Shown: positions 1 through 13,600 of the stretch, in pieces
Layout: each line of letters opens with the position of its first letter
Position numbering within the stretch: the first letter of the stretch is position 1
Origin: Ruditapes philippinarum
Lineage: Eukaryota
Reading direction: 5' to 3'
Assembly: GCF_026571515.1 (NCBI RefSeq)
Contig: NW_026857670.1
Coordinates: 1-64,000 of the forward strand
DNA: 64,000 bases
Position numbers and translations under genes: made by a program
The notes under the pieces: model-generated
The model's database searches: none
Seen by the model: only the letters and a program-made list of their open reading frames with translations
What the model was told of the DNA's origin: nothing

Positions 1-1283
1 TATAATAACTGTCAACCTATGAAATTTAAAGTTGACATCTCAAATACTTTTCGAGACTTGCTCTGGACACAAACTAAGCTGTAAAATAACAAAGGAGCAC
101 TAGCTAAGAACTGTAATCAATCCACCGATAATAGTGTGAAGTTTCAAATCTATATAAAAATTCTTTCCTATTAAGAATAATTATCTAATCCAAAGATAGT
201 TATTTCCTTGCAATTATAAGCAAAAGAGCTGGCGCATTAGTTTGCAAGCAGAAATGCTTGAAAAACTAAAGCAACTAAAAGTCGCTTGAATAAGATATTG
301 TTGTGTATTAAAACTTTATTTGGAACATGCAAATCAACACATTTACACAGTATTGCAAAAACATATTTGAAACTTCAAAACTTACAGATGTGAATAAATG
401 AGTAGCAAATCCGCCCAGAATCGCACTTGTCAAATCACAAAATATGGACAAGATCAGTTTATATTTTCAATTACTTCGTTAAATCAGAAGCTAGGGAGAT
501 GAAACCCAAAACCGAGTGTAGCATAAACATTGCTTTAAGCAGGGTCTTTCAAACAGAAACACCCTGCTTTAATGAATAAGCATATAAAAATCAAATAACA
601 TACACACCTAACTTGTCGAAAATACGTGCGGGTGCTGAAAATATTAATGACTCGATAGCCATTTTGTCAAGTTTGCAACCATTTTTCTCGCTTGAACCAA
701 GTGTGCAACCACTTTACGTCCTGCCCCTTATAAATTAAATCCCAAGTCTATTCCAATTAATCTTTAAAGGTACATATTCTTTAAATATTTAAATTCACTT
801 TGGCTTCTCTTTGAATTGTCTGAATGGCCGTCAGAACCCTTCTTATTATTGTATTATATCAAAAATACACGTATATGGTGTGACCAAGATTATATTAATG
901 TATTTCTTCAATGCAGCAATGACTCATAACAGAACAGACAGATTAACCTTAACTTCTATTGAAGTATTCATTATTTCGAATATGATTTCAGATGTAAGTT
1001 ATGCCCGACAAAGCTGAATCAGTTATACGGTGATTGTTATTATAGAAAAAGGGAATATATGTAAAACAAAATATAAATTTCATATCTAGGTATATAGATT
1101 TATTTTTTTGACAGATACAGCAAAGAATTAAAAACATACAATTTTACATTGCAAAGGTATTACAAATTGCAAAAAATATATGCTATTTTATAATAATGTT
1201 AAAGATGTTTCTAATATTTATCAGGTAAATTTTATTATAAATCAGAAATTTACAGACTTCATTTAATTGGGTTCGTGTGTGTA

Positions 1284-1457
1284 GGATGGAGGTTAAAACC
1301 ATAACAACATTGCATTTAAGTGTCATATAATGTCTTTTTTATCTTTACTAGTGACTTCAGATGTAAGGTGTCCTTCCTTGCATTCATAAATATGTCACTT
1401 GTAAGATGAGAAAGGCACTAAATGCCTTAAATATATGTATGGTTTTAACCTCCATCC
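1284..1457. mobile_element. MITE-like palindromic element
   Basis: Perfect 20-bp TIR GGATGGAGGTTAAAACCATA / TATGGTTTTAACCTCCATCC, extending imperfectly inward. Confidence 0.7.
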
Positions 1458-1672
1458 AATAGTTCTCTGCTAGTTGGATAGCTTTCTCATACGAAATAAC
1501 CCATTAAGTTAGTTATCTCACTGTTTCTAAATCAAAGTAACTGACCTGAACCACACGACCATTGAGACTCTAAATATATCTAGTTCTGACAAAAAATACA
1601 CACTAATATAAAACTTCCAGTCTAAACAAGTCTAATATGTATGTCATTTAATAAAATTTATAGCAATATGTT

Positions 1673-1987
1673 CACGGGGTGGTCATATCAAAATGGCACA
1701 TATAAAAATCTAACTTTTAAAATATCAGATTCAGTGTATTTTCTTGATTCTCAGGAGGAAACATTTGTGAATTTTTTATTTCTTCATTTGTAAGCAAATA
1801 TTGCATATATTAAGTGGAAACATGTTTCCTACTTACGGTGGGTCAAATATCAGACAATGTTCTTACACTATCTCACTATATCGGTTGTTTGTTTGTATTC
1901 AATAATTTTATTTATTACATTGCATCTGACAAAAATCATTTAAACAATTAAAATACGTCACACATTACGAGGTATGGCCACCCTGTG
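1673..1987. mobile_element. Possible decayed MITE
   Basis: 14/17 inverted match CACGGGGTGGTCATATC / GGTATGGCCACCCTGTG; no clear TSD. Confidence 0.35.
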
Positions 1988-4900
1988 TTCTATTATTTAT
2001 ATCTACTTCAATTAGCTGTCAGTTCATGATAAGATTACAAACATTTTATAAACAACCATTATAATTGTGTAACAGTATATAGGCGTTTTCACAGTAGAAA
2101 TACACAAAAGAAAAAATGGCAAAAATGTTTTTAACAAGCACAAAAATGACGTGATGGTAATTTCAAAATTGCGTGAGTTTAGTAAGCTTGATAAATATGC
2201 ACTACATTAAATAGCGTTTGCAATAAAAACTACATAAGAATTATACTGAGGCAGCATAGCAAAGTTTAAAGGTTTCACAAACAAAAATGTAAATTCAAAA
2301 TAAATTTACTTGTTGGAGAGATAACCCCGACATTTCTTCCTAATATCTTACATTTTGACATATCTAAACAAAGTTTGGTTCAAAGATTTATGATCGAAGG
2401 CATTATATTTCATAGCAATGGAAACTGGTACTTCTTTAAGGTCCTGAATGAGGTATCACATGGTCTTTTTACCCCAGGACAGAAGGTCAACACATTCATC
2501 TTTAAGTAAACATAGCATGAAAATCATAATCTTTTTTTCAGTCAAATGTAAAAGAAATAATATACAGTTTTTGTTTAGGTTATAGCATAATAACAGTTAT
2601 TAGGAGTTAATGGAACTTACTGGCATGCATAAAAGGGGGCGTAACATTCAATGATAAGCAAAATTAAAAAGACAAAACTGTAAGAGTTATATCTGCTTAT
2701 TACTACATTTTGATGAACGCAAAACCTCACACATTATCTTGGTAGTAATAATTTCAGTATGTTTCATAATTTCATACCTTTACAAAGATTAAATAGATAG
2801 AATATATATTTTAAAAAAATCATCTAGAATATTGAGCATAAAACATATATTAAAATAAATATTAACAAAGTAACAAAAGTTGGAATCTTATCTATAAATA
2901 TCAGTTTGTATCAACATTTTACAGTAAATTAAATATGACATGAACATGACATATCTTTTAAATATCGCTCAATTGATTAAAGTCTTTACTAACAAAAATG
3001 ACGCTGAAGGAATTGTTAGCTTGTTAGCTTAACATAATATAGTTAAGGCCGAGGAACAAACAAAAAACAAGAGCGACATGTGATCTAATATGTCGCCTGA
3101 TGATAGAAAACTTAAGCAGTTCTATTTATGGGACGAGTGACCAGTGTTCCCTATATTTTACTGTATAGCATGACACACACAAAAAATATCAAATTGCCAA
3201 AATGCTTTTTTCATTCAAGGGTCATAACCCAGTCAAAAATATTTTAATTGAAATACGCTATGATTGTTCGCAAATACTAGAGTTATAAATAAATCTGTAA
3301 ATTTTAACTCAAATTGTATCAGTAGTTCGGGTAAAGTTTAAAAACAAAAATTATTCCAAGACCATGAATAAAAAACATAGAACGGTAAATCGCTGGCGAT
3401 TTGAGTTGCAAAACTACACTTGGTACTAATCATTCCTGTAACATTTCGATGAAATGTACTAGTAGCTTTTTAAATAGTAGTCCGGGCAAGTTTTGTGATG
3501 GACAGACAGACGAACAGAAAAGCAGACGACAGAGAAGTTATCCTTATAAATCATGGCTACTTCGTAACATGTATCCACTACGGTATAGCAGGCAACACAA
3601 AAATCATTAACGGGCCAAAACGCTTTTTTTTATTTAAGGGCCAAAAATGTTTCAACCGGTAAACAAGTTTAATTTGAGCAAGTACTGAAGCTACCGGTCA
3701 TTCCTATAAAGTTTAATATATATTGCATCTCAGGTAAAAGAGTAGTCCGAACAAACTTTAAAAATTACAAAAAAAAAAGCATTAAGAGGTGGTAAGTGAA
3801 AAAGATCATTTAACTGGAAAAAGTCGATGCTATGCATAACAAGACTTGATACTGTATTTACTGGATGAAATTGCACCAGAAGTTTTCGAGTAGTCCAGAC
3901 AAGTTTTGTAACAGACGGACTTATAAACAGACGACGAAGAAGAGATACCTACGTTGCCGGTACTCCGTGGCGGGTGAAACAAAAAGAAGTGTTTTTAAAT
4001 TATCCACATGCTTAATATGATGTCATTTAAACAAAACAAAAATTCATGGTTATCGTGACTCAAAGTTGAAACCCATATTGAGTGCAGATGTCCATGTAAT
4101 ACACATTGAACTATAAAAATATTATACAAATATGGACTTTTTAGCTGTTTAGAACAGAGATATAGTTGATACTCGTCGGTGAAAAAAAAATGTTTTAAAT
4201 TATCCACATGCTTAATATAGTCATTTAAACAAACAAAATCATGTTATTATATTAACCCATATTACAATGTCCCTGTATACATGCTCATAAAAATTTACAT
4301 TATACTTTTTAGCTTTGAACATGATGTTGTACATTAATATTCAGTACATACCTTTCACATTAAGGCAATCTTTTAATACCTATTGTATGCTCTCAACTAT
4401 AATGTAATAATTGCCTTTATGATGCTAATCCTGTTTTAAATGAAAATATAAAGACTTATTTGACTCTTATGTACACCGGTCCCACTCAATGTTTTTTTTT
4501 CCAGACTAATAACAACAAACTTGGCGTGACGTCAATGTCAAAGTCTCGCGTCTTTTAGGGATTTCCAGAAAATCTATTTTTAGAACAAAACAGGTGAATA
4601 TACTCTGAAAATCTATTTTTCGGGAAAAAACAGGGAATATACTCTGATATTGACCTGTTATTTTTTACAAAAGAATTGCTTGTTAGCCAATCAGGGAAAG
4701 GCATTTCAAAGCTATTTATAGATTATATAATAAATATGAATATCAGTCAAAAAATGAATATTCACATAATTAAGAAGACGTCTTATACAATGGTACACAT
4801 AAAATATAAAAATGACAGAAGCAATAAAGATGATTTTACAAAATTTCCTATGTGAGTGCATATAATATCAAGTTATCCCTAGGACATGGCTGATTGGAAA

Positions 4901-7254
4901 CCTAGATGATGGTTTAAACAAACGTTGCAAAAATCCGTTAAGTTATAACACATTTTGAATATACAAATTGTATTGTCAATGTCTGAGCCTTGTAACAAAA
5001 TTTTTCATTTCATTTACAAAAATCACCATATGTACAATAACTTTTATCACAAGAAAAATAATGTCATTGTTATACGATACATTACTTACGTATCACTCCC
5101 CTTCTGCTTACAACATCTTAATCTGGTTTAACCATATTTGATCCTTGAATTATAATTTAAATAACCTTTGTATGATCCGCAACGTAAGTCTTTTTCAAAT
5201 AGAAGATATGAAATTGGTAAAATGTACCTTATCAAAGAAAGTTTATAGCAGTTGCAGAGATATAATTCCGTGATATTTGACTAAAAATAAAGTATAAATA
5301 TATGTACTGACGTCTGAAGTTTTACAAAATTAGTCTACTTTATATGATCTTGAATACTAGGTACATACATGTATTCGTATATGAATAAGCTATTCATTTT
5401 GTATTTATATTAGAATGACTTTGATTCGTAGAAGGAGAGTTGATTTCTATATTAGATATCAAATTGTATTTTGACAAAACAAATCATTTCATTTAAGCAT
5501 TAAAGATAAATAACAACTATTTGGAGAGATTTTATTATTCATAGAAGTATTCAACGACATTCGCAAATAACCAGAATAACTCCGTTACGTGTTCAACTAA
5601 CTCAGTAACCACGGTAACAGTTATCAATAAAATACGTGACAAGATATCAAACAAACAGTGACGCAGTTTCTACTGCGTGTACATATGAATGGATAACCAA
5701 TCCCCATACATCAAACATAATATAAATCTAAAGGAATCTGAAAAATGTTTCACATACTTTTATACAAAAGAATTTACATAGTATACCTAAAATATTATGA
5801 ATAAAGGAAAAAAAGTACATATCTGAATGAAAAGGAAATTCTCAAATGTTGTAAGACATCACATCTTTGGTAAAACATTACAAATGGTTTCTTGTTAAAT
5901 TTTATTTGTTATCTTGTGAATAACTAAAAAAACCTGAACGACTTTTATTTATCATCAATCTTAACACTTTGATTTGATGAAAATAATCTTACAAAATGAA
6001 TGACATTTTAATTAAATATAGTGGTAACAAAGAAAATGATCGTAAATATGCATAAAAGTCGAGAATTCTATGTATATAAGTCGAGAATAAGTGAAGCAAA
6101 ATAAGCATACAATATATTGTAACAATAATACAATATGATACATCACAAACAATCAACAAATCAAAAACAAGATAGGCGAAATCATCAGCAAACATACAAA
6201 CAATAATAACTTCCATATTAAGTAAAATACGGAAAGTCAAAATCAAACATTCACTGAAAAACAGTAAAAACACCTACGACAACAATAATATATTTTCATC
6301 TCATTTCCAAAATAAGAACCGTTAACTGTAAAAAGAATCACTTTTTCATTGACGTGCTGATAGTAGCAGCATTAGGCGGGACTATAAGGAATTGAAAAAA
6401 AATACAACATAGGTCAGATGTATGCCTTAAAAGTCACCTGTATTCAAAAGCTGAACAAAATTTACCGTACGGTTTACTCTAACGGACATCTTCTAACTAA
6501 AGCTAGGGTATAAGAAGGCTTCATTTTTGGAAATGAGGAAACTCTAAAAAATAATATAATATCATCCCTACTAGTTATTTTTTTCAAGAAACAAATAAAA
6601 GCGTTCAGCTAACAAATCTCACAAGAAAAATAATTGTTTCTACTTAAATTGTTTAAGGTACGTATTAACATGTTATTTTATATTTGTTTTACTATTTTCC
6701 TGCATAGAGAACCTCATGAAAAATTTCTTAGATTTACGTAAATGTATGGCTTTTTGAATATTCATATAATAAAACAGTTATTGCATGAAGATCTTGGTGA
6801 ATATTTACGTTATTGGTATTGCTTATGTGATATTCACCGGGGCCGAAGTTAGGTCAATAGATTTCCTTATTCCTCTTATAAACATACACTTATTGTATTT
6901 CATACAAAGTTCAGAACTTCAAAAGTTTACTACACAACATTACTAGGGACTAGCATACAAAGGTCGTTACTTTAAACTAAAAAACATTGTCAGTGGAATA
7001 TCTAAGGTGTGGATAATACTTCAAACGAAACTACAAATTAATTTCAGAATCACAATATTACAACGACACCAATTTCAACATACTCTTCAGCATTACTGGG
7101 ATATATTTCAATAAGAAAAAAAATGCATAATGAATGAAAATAATGTTTAAAAGAAAAAAGTATCCTTTTTAAATCGCCTTTAGAGGTAAATTATATCACA
7201 TGCTGCTCAGTGAGTTGTCTTCTTTTTATAAAGATTTTGAGTTAAATGTTCAGT

Positions 7255-7710
7255 AATTCACACCAGTGCATGTGGATATATCTAAAAAATCACTTCTGCT
7301 TCTTCAGCTCGGTTCCCGTTTTCTTTAGACTCTTGGCTTCCTCAAATGTTTTTATTTTTTCTGCTAATATACCTATCTCGAGCGGTATCCATTTCACCGT
7401 AACTCACCATCTTCCTGCATTGTCAATTCAGACTTCATATATGTGTCCCTTTTATTTTCGTATTTAATAATCTGGCATTTCTGTGATAGAAACAAATATT
7501 CTAAAGGCAACAGTTGTCTCCTAGCTGACAATCATCAACAAAAATAATAAAAGCATCATACAATTACTCTTTCGAATTGCCTTTATCTTTAAATATCTCT
7601 ACTTAAATAACATTGAGTTTTGTTGTATTTGTAAAAATTTAACCTTCTTTCTCAGACCCAGGATATGTTCGAATGGAATGAAGCCAAAACTTCGGACATA
7701 CTTTCATCTC
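7255..7710 (-). pseudogene. Degenerate fragment of a paralogous Roc-COR exon
   Basis: Colinear with 9460-9920. CPKFWLHSIRTYPGSEKEG vs CLKFWLDSIHAYAGSEEGG; SARRQLL vs SARSHLL; VKWIPLEIGILAEK vs LKWIPLEIALLAEK; FRYIH vs LKYLH. Broken by indels. Confidence 0.8.
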
Positions 7711-8268
7711 AATATTGATAACTTTGTTGTAATCCTGAATCCTGCTTCTCCAATCTTCTTAGTATACTCTATCTATTTTGTCATGGAAATTACACATAAA
7801 AGCAATACGACAATCAATTGTTTTTAAATCGAAAGCTATGTATGTACATAGTTTCTTAATTATATTGGAAATGAACTTATGTACACTTATCACGAAAGCT
7901 CTTTACATCCATCTGATATTTATCACTTAGTGCCGATACATGTTTTAAAATCGAAATTACATCGCTGTTTCAACAACGCTTTCATCACTTTGTGTGTTGC
8001 TTCATTAAACATATCCAACATAAAATCACATGAGCTCAGTTTATAACACCGTTTCATTATCAGGAATCAATGTTGTGAGAAGTTGAATGAATAAGAGCTT
8101 TCATTCAGAAACTTACCTGACCTACATCATGTGACATGTGAGCATATATATTCAGACTGTATTTTCAAACCTATTTAGAAATTGCAACTTGCAAAAGTGA
8201 GTACATTCTTTAATTGTTTACTAATCATTAACTTTTTATCTTTTCAAAATTGCTTCTAAGGGTGAAAT

Positions 8269-10647
8269 CTAATTACGCTCTATAATGTTTTTAATCATGT
8301 CCTTGTCGACATTTATGACTGGATTGTCTTCTATGCAGGTAACCAACTGGACCAATGTGGCATCGTCCTGTTTTGATTGTTCCCACATGCAGAGCATCCT
8401 GAAAATGCAGGTTGCAGTCTGTTCTTTATATTCTTCCTTAAGATGATCTATGTCAACGCGACGAACACCAAGAGCTGTACCAAGAAGTTCCCAGTTCTTC
8501 CCAATACACCCTGCTAACCTACCGAGTTCCAGTTCGGTTACTCGTCGATCTTCAATACGGTACAGTTCCGTTATTTTGCCTGGCGAGAACCATTCATCAA
8601 TCGCAGATTTACATTCAACGGAATGGTCACCGAAATCTGGACAGCCAGCTTTTTCTGTGTTCCTCACCTTGTCTATATCGTATGTACCCTTGCTACCATC
8701 TCCGTCATGTGACCGATCATTACATGCCAAGTAATGTTTGTAACAGTTGCCATTGTACATACGATTCCAACGTTTTTGAAAATCATGTTTGATAAGGCTT
8801 TCAATGTATCTCCTGAAATAATCACAAACTTTGCTTTCCACTTTGATTTCTGGACACTGGTTTATAACGGTTAGCTGAATACCCTTTCCAGGCTTCAACT
8901 CAATTTTTCCAACATGTTGCAGGTCTAATCTAAAATGACCAATGTTTTGAAATACAAATACTCGTTTATCTATCACAACTGGGGACCACTTTCCTAAAGC
9001 ACCTGCAGTTACTCTTTGGAACAGACTTGTCAGCAAAGCAGTATTCTCTATTTGTAAACCTAGTGATACAAGTGTTGCATTTTTACCATCTGTGAACATC
9101 TTTAATTCCTGTTGCTTACAACGGTGTTTCAAAAGGCTCGGAATCATGTACTTGTCTTGATACTTTTTGTTTTCTGCATCATCCATAATAAAAAGTTTAG
9201 ACAATATCCTATGTCTTTGTAGGAACATCAACAAAACCTCTTTGTTTTTTAGAAAGTCTTTTCCTACATCTTTCTCCCACATAGCCTCTAGAAAATCATT
9301 TTCTATAATTGCAGTTTCATTCAAAAGTTTCCATTGAGGATGCAACTTTGCATCTTTTATACATGACTTTGACCCAATGACGCATCTGAATGCGTCAACT
9401 AAATATTGCGGGTTAACAACAATGTGGCCTTCAAGGTCTTCTTCGTCAAAGAAGATAAGAATACCCTTTAGATGCAGATATTTCAAAAATGTTTTCAATT
9501 CTTCTTTTTCAAGTAGATTCTCATTTTCTGTATTCAGCTTCTTGACGTCCTCAATTGTTATGATGTTTTTACTTTTTTCTGCTAATAAAGCTATCTCGAG
9601 CGGAATCCATTTCAATGGAACATGGTTTTCTTCAGCATGTTTCTCTCCTAGTTCAAAAATTTTACTCTTCAATTTTTGGACTTCCTCATCTGTCATATTT
9701 GTGTTAGAAACGGCATATTGTTCCCGCAACAAGTGACTCCTAGCTGAATCATAAACAAACAAATCCAAAACTTCTTCAAATTTCTTTTCTGAACTACCCT
9801 CAAATAGGTCTTTAAAAGTTCCTACTAATATAACAAATGGTTTTGACACATGTTCCGAAGTCCCACCTTCTTCTGACCCAGCATATGCATGAATAGAATC
9901 AAGCCAGAACTTTAGACAGTCCCCCATTGATGAATTTCTGTCCGGAAATTCCTTGTCTTTGATAGATTCTTTTAAGTCTTTTGTCAAATCAAACACCAAA
10001 AGATAAATAGCGTCCCTTGAATGAAATATCTGGTGTGTAGCGTAGTAAATGAACTGTCCGCCGAAATCCCAAATGTTGGCGGTTAATGTTTGATTCAAAG
10101 GCATATTCATTTTTTCTTTTAGAAGACTTGATTTTTTTTCTATAAAACTTGCTTCAATGTTTGCTTCACTGCTTGTATTTTCACCAGATGCAATTAAACC
10201 CGATATTGATTTAGAGGTTTCAGATTCGGCACTTTGAGGGTCATCTGTGACTGGCATTTTATCTGCTAACACGTCCGTGACTGATTCGTCTGTATTACTT
10301 TCAGAGGGCATGTTGTTTTGTCGTATATCTGGTTTATTTTCTGTGATTTTCGTAGTGCGAATAAACCCTTCAGCTAATTTTTCTAAGCAGTCGTTTTCAT
10401 CAAATTCGGTTGGCGAGCTTTCCCATTCTTTATCTTTAATTTTACATTTTCGCACATGAACATCAATGCCATCTGTGCGTATAACGCCTTCCAAAGATTG
10501 ATTCAAAAGCCTTCTCGTCAGACTAGTTTTGCCTTGTTCATAGTTACCAACAACATTTATTCTCACAAATCTGTCTTTCCCGGATCCTTTCTTCAAAGCT
10601 TCATTGAAAATGTAAGCGTCATTTGGATCAAGCAGAAAATCTGTGTC
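8269..10647 (-). CDS. Terminal coding exon: Roc GTPase, COR and C-terminal Death domain
   Basis: Acceptor ttttttattgtag|GACACAGAT (phase 0, 17 codons before the ORF-track start). Roc: P-loop GNYEQGKTS, RTDGID, IWDFGGQ..YYATHQIF, YLLVFDL, VGTFKD. COR: PLKWIPLE, FLKYLHLKGILIFF, VNPQYLVDAF. Death domain: LGRLAGCIGKNWELLGTALGV...FRMLCMW...ATLVQL. Confidence 0.93.
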   Translation of the reverse strand, partial: DTDFLLDPNDAYIFNEALKKGSGKDRFVRINVVGNYEQGKTSLTRRLLNQSLEGVIRTDGIDVHVRKCKIKDKEWESSPTEFDENDCLEKLAEGFIRTTKITENKPDIRQNNMPSESNTDESVTDVLADKMPVTDDPQSAESETSKSISGLIASGENTSSEANIEASFIEKKSSLLKEKMNMPLNQTLTANIWDFGGQFIYYATHQIFHSRDAIYLLVFDLTKDLKESIKDKEFPDRNSSMGDCLKFWLDSIHAYAGSEEGGTSEHVSKPFVILVGTFKDLFEGSSEKKFEEVLDLFVYDSARSHLLREQYAVSNTNMTDEEVQKLKSKIFELGEKHAEENHVPLKWIPLEIALLAEKSKNIITIEDVKKLNTENENLLEKEELKTFLKYLHLKGILIFFDEEDLEGHIVVNPQYLVDAFRCVIGSKSCIKDAKLHPQWKLLNETAIIENDFLEAMWEKDVGKDFLKNKEVLLMFLQRHRILSKLFIMDDAENKKYQDKYMIPSLLKHRCKQQELKMFTDGKNATLVSLGLQIENTALLTSLFQRVTAGALGKWSPVVIDKRVFVFQNIGHFRLDLQHVGKIELKPGKGIQLTVINQCPEIKVESKVCDYFRRYIESLIKHDFQKRWNRMYNGNCYKHYLACNDRSHDGDGSKGTYDIDKVRNTEKAGCPDFGDHSVECKSAIDEWFSPGKITELYRIEDRRVTELELGRLAGCIGKNWELLGTALGVRRVDIDHLKEEYKEQTATCIFRMLCMWEQSKQDDATLVQLVTCIEDNPVINVDKDMIKNIIERN

Positions 10648-13600
10648 CTACAATAAAAAACAATGTCATAAAACACAAAAGTCGTTGTCTAGCGGGGAAA
10701 TGCTTGCTTTTTCTTATTCTGAAGTCAAACACATCAGAGGAAGAATATAATAGTCAAGCTTCTCCTACATAAATAATGTTTCTAACAAAACAAATTCAAG
10801 TGTCATATTTGACTTTGATGGTCTTTTGAATTAATCATCGGGTCAGGTTTGTGATAAGTGCTCTTTTGCCCATGAATGATTAATACTACATTATTCAACA
10901 TATCTGTTTTGTCATAGGAATTCTTTGTTGTGTGTCAAGGGTCAAATTAATGTACAGTCAATTTATACTAAAATTTTATAAATGTCTTGGCCCAAGGATT
11001 ATTGTGACACGTATAAAGACAATACATTTATTCATTACAAGTTATTGCCAATAACAGCATAACAAGAGGGTCTTGGTGGCCTTTAATCACTAGATGCTTC
11101 AAATTAACAAGATTTCATTAATGAGGCATTTGTAATGACATTTTATTTTCTATTTTTAGCTCTAGTCGCCATTTTATTCAGCACACCAGTACACTTTTAA
11201 CAAATGTAGTAACATACTGCCCAGACATCATTTTCATAGAGTTTTATCAAAATACGTCGGGCGGTTGAGAACAAAATGCCAAATAACATGTCATGTCACA
11301 CATCTTTTTCTATCACTGACAGCCATCAACAGATCGGAAACATTTGAACAATTTCTATATAGGCCCATCTAAGGATCATTTCAGTATAATAATGGTTTTA
11401 TCAAAATCTACTTTAACAGTAGGCAAAAAGATACGTTTAAAAGTTTTTGTATTTATTTTTTGCAACCCACCGGTGACGCATAATTACCACGCGGAGAATT
11501 CAATATATTTCAAACCACGGCAAATTGTTTTGATTTTTTTTCATTTACAGCAAATATTGAATATTGTACCATTATATGAGCCAGCAAGTAGTAGTATTTA
11601 GTTTGATAAAAGGTACCAAGACTCATTTTGAGAGATATATCCCAGAATTTGAACTCTCTTGAAAGTGATTTACGTCCTATCTATGGAGAAAACAGTGTTG
11701 ATAAACTCACTTCTATTTTAAGTTATATTGTTCTGAGCTTTGGGATTAGTATTTAAAGAAGACTTAAATTGTAGACAGTGAGGTTTGCTTAAGTAAGACA
11801 TGGTTTGAAAATTTATGTTCATATAAGGATGCGGTTTCTAAATATAAATTATCTTACTGTTCAGAAGATAGAGCGATTATGTTTAGAAAAGAAACAAATA
11901 CAACAATCAATGTCAAAATGAAAGAATTCTTTTTACAATTCTCATTGTCGAAAAATGAACGATTTAAGGGGGAAAGAAAAAAAATAGGTAATATATTTCA
12001 GTCAATGATTTTAAATAATGACAATGAAGATTAAATAATTATTTAGGTGAGCCGATATATGACAGAAGCAAATTGAGACGTAAGATGAATGTATCACATA
12101 TTTATTTAATTTTTATGGGTATTTTTACTGATTTTGCCGCGTAACGACATGCGCTCTCATTTATGATGCCACAAGACATAACACCACATTGATCTTTAAA
12201 AAAAAACTTTAACGAATAACGTTACAGATTTTGAATGTGCAGATATGAATGTGCTTCTCGTCAAAAAGCGCATTGGCGTGTATTTCTGACGATATTTCGA
12301 CTAATTTATGTTATATTTTTTCATCCGCATTTAGCTACTGTGAACATTATATTTTATTATTTCAGTGTGGACTGAAAAGCATGTAATTAAGATATGTAAT
12401 ATTTTTGTTATCATATATGTTCATGACATAATTATGATAATGATTACAGAAGATATTGTTGTTATTATTATCATCTTTTATCTTGGTCGTCTGCAAGCGC
12501 TTGAGTTGAAGGTTAGATCACCAATTATTCATTTATTAATCTTTGAACTCCATATTTTGAGTTAACAGAATTCTTATAAAAAATAATGGTTTTGATTTTT
12601 TATATATCCAGTTCGTATAAAATAAATTCAGATTATACATTTACAAATTTACAAACATATCTTAGATTATTTTAATTGTAAGAATAAATCAGAAAGAAAT
12701 CTTTCATAGAAAATAAGTAAAGTTAAACTGATTTAACATTAAGCTTAATAAGATTGTAAAAGTAGGAAGGCAACTGGTGCATGCGATAGTGTTTATAAAT
12801 ATGTTTTCATTTAACAAAAAAAAAGAAACGTTTCTACGTAGAACTTGTAAATGATATTTAATAGAATTCAGTCAGTAACGTGTGTATCATGATGCAAATA
12901 TGCTCCACTTGCTGTTATGGACATCGATGTTGCTTTTCATCTCAACAATGAGTCTGAGTCCTTCTACACAAACGACAAAACCACTTTTTATCTTCATCAG
13001 TTATAAAACATACATCTTCGGCAATAAGTATTTAAGTTCGATCTTAATACTTTTCATATTTTTAGTATATTCTTCATTTCGGAGTAAGTTTATACAAATA
13101 ATAAATGGATAAGGTGATAAAGGACATATGTCTTACACCTGTCTCTATTTTAAAGAAACTGGAAAGACGAGTATTGATATGAATTTAGGATTTAGCAGCA
13201 TCTTTGTGAAAAGAGGCCAACCCAATTTAAAATATGATAAAGAAATTAAAATGTTTCATAAAGTTGTGGTCAGAACTATCATAAACTTTATTAAAATAAA
13301 ACAATAATGTAGGCCTCTTTCATTTGAATTACTAGTATATTCAAAAGTTTCTTGTAAAAATTATCATCCCCACCCCTAAATTTATCTACCTTTAATAAAA
13401 CATGTTTGCTCTGGATTAATAATGGTTGGAAGCTGGTTATCATTCTGTTTGCAATGACTTTTGACGCAATTTTGTAGTCTACATTTAGTTAAGAAATCGG
13501 ACGCCAATTATTTAAAATAATTGATACCGTGATTTTGTCTTTGGTAGTAAAGTAATAATTCTTTGATTATGAAGTTCCGTGATATTTACGTTATCATGAG

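Noticed and set aside
5989-6273. 94-aa hydrophobic ORF
   Set aside because: Reflects T-rich compositional bias, has a non-ATG start and shows no recognisable domain.
7980-8040. Possible second Roc remnant (CDFMLDMFNEATHK vs WDFGGQFIYYATHQ)
   Set aside because: Motif spacing fits, but identity is low and the distance to the 7255-7710 fragment is inconsistent. It could be chance.
10594-10596. ORF-track start of the 775-aa protein as a standalone gene
   Set aside because: The start codon is TTG. The frame extends to a strong splice acceptor at 10647, so this is a terminal exon.
8450-10656. Plus-strand ORFs overlapping the Roc-COR exon (and similar ones opposite the LINE, protease and Gypsy ORFs)
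   Set aside because: Antisense shadows of real coding sequence with no independent motifs.
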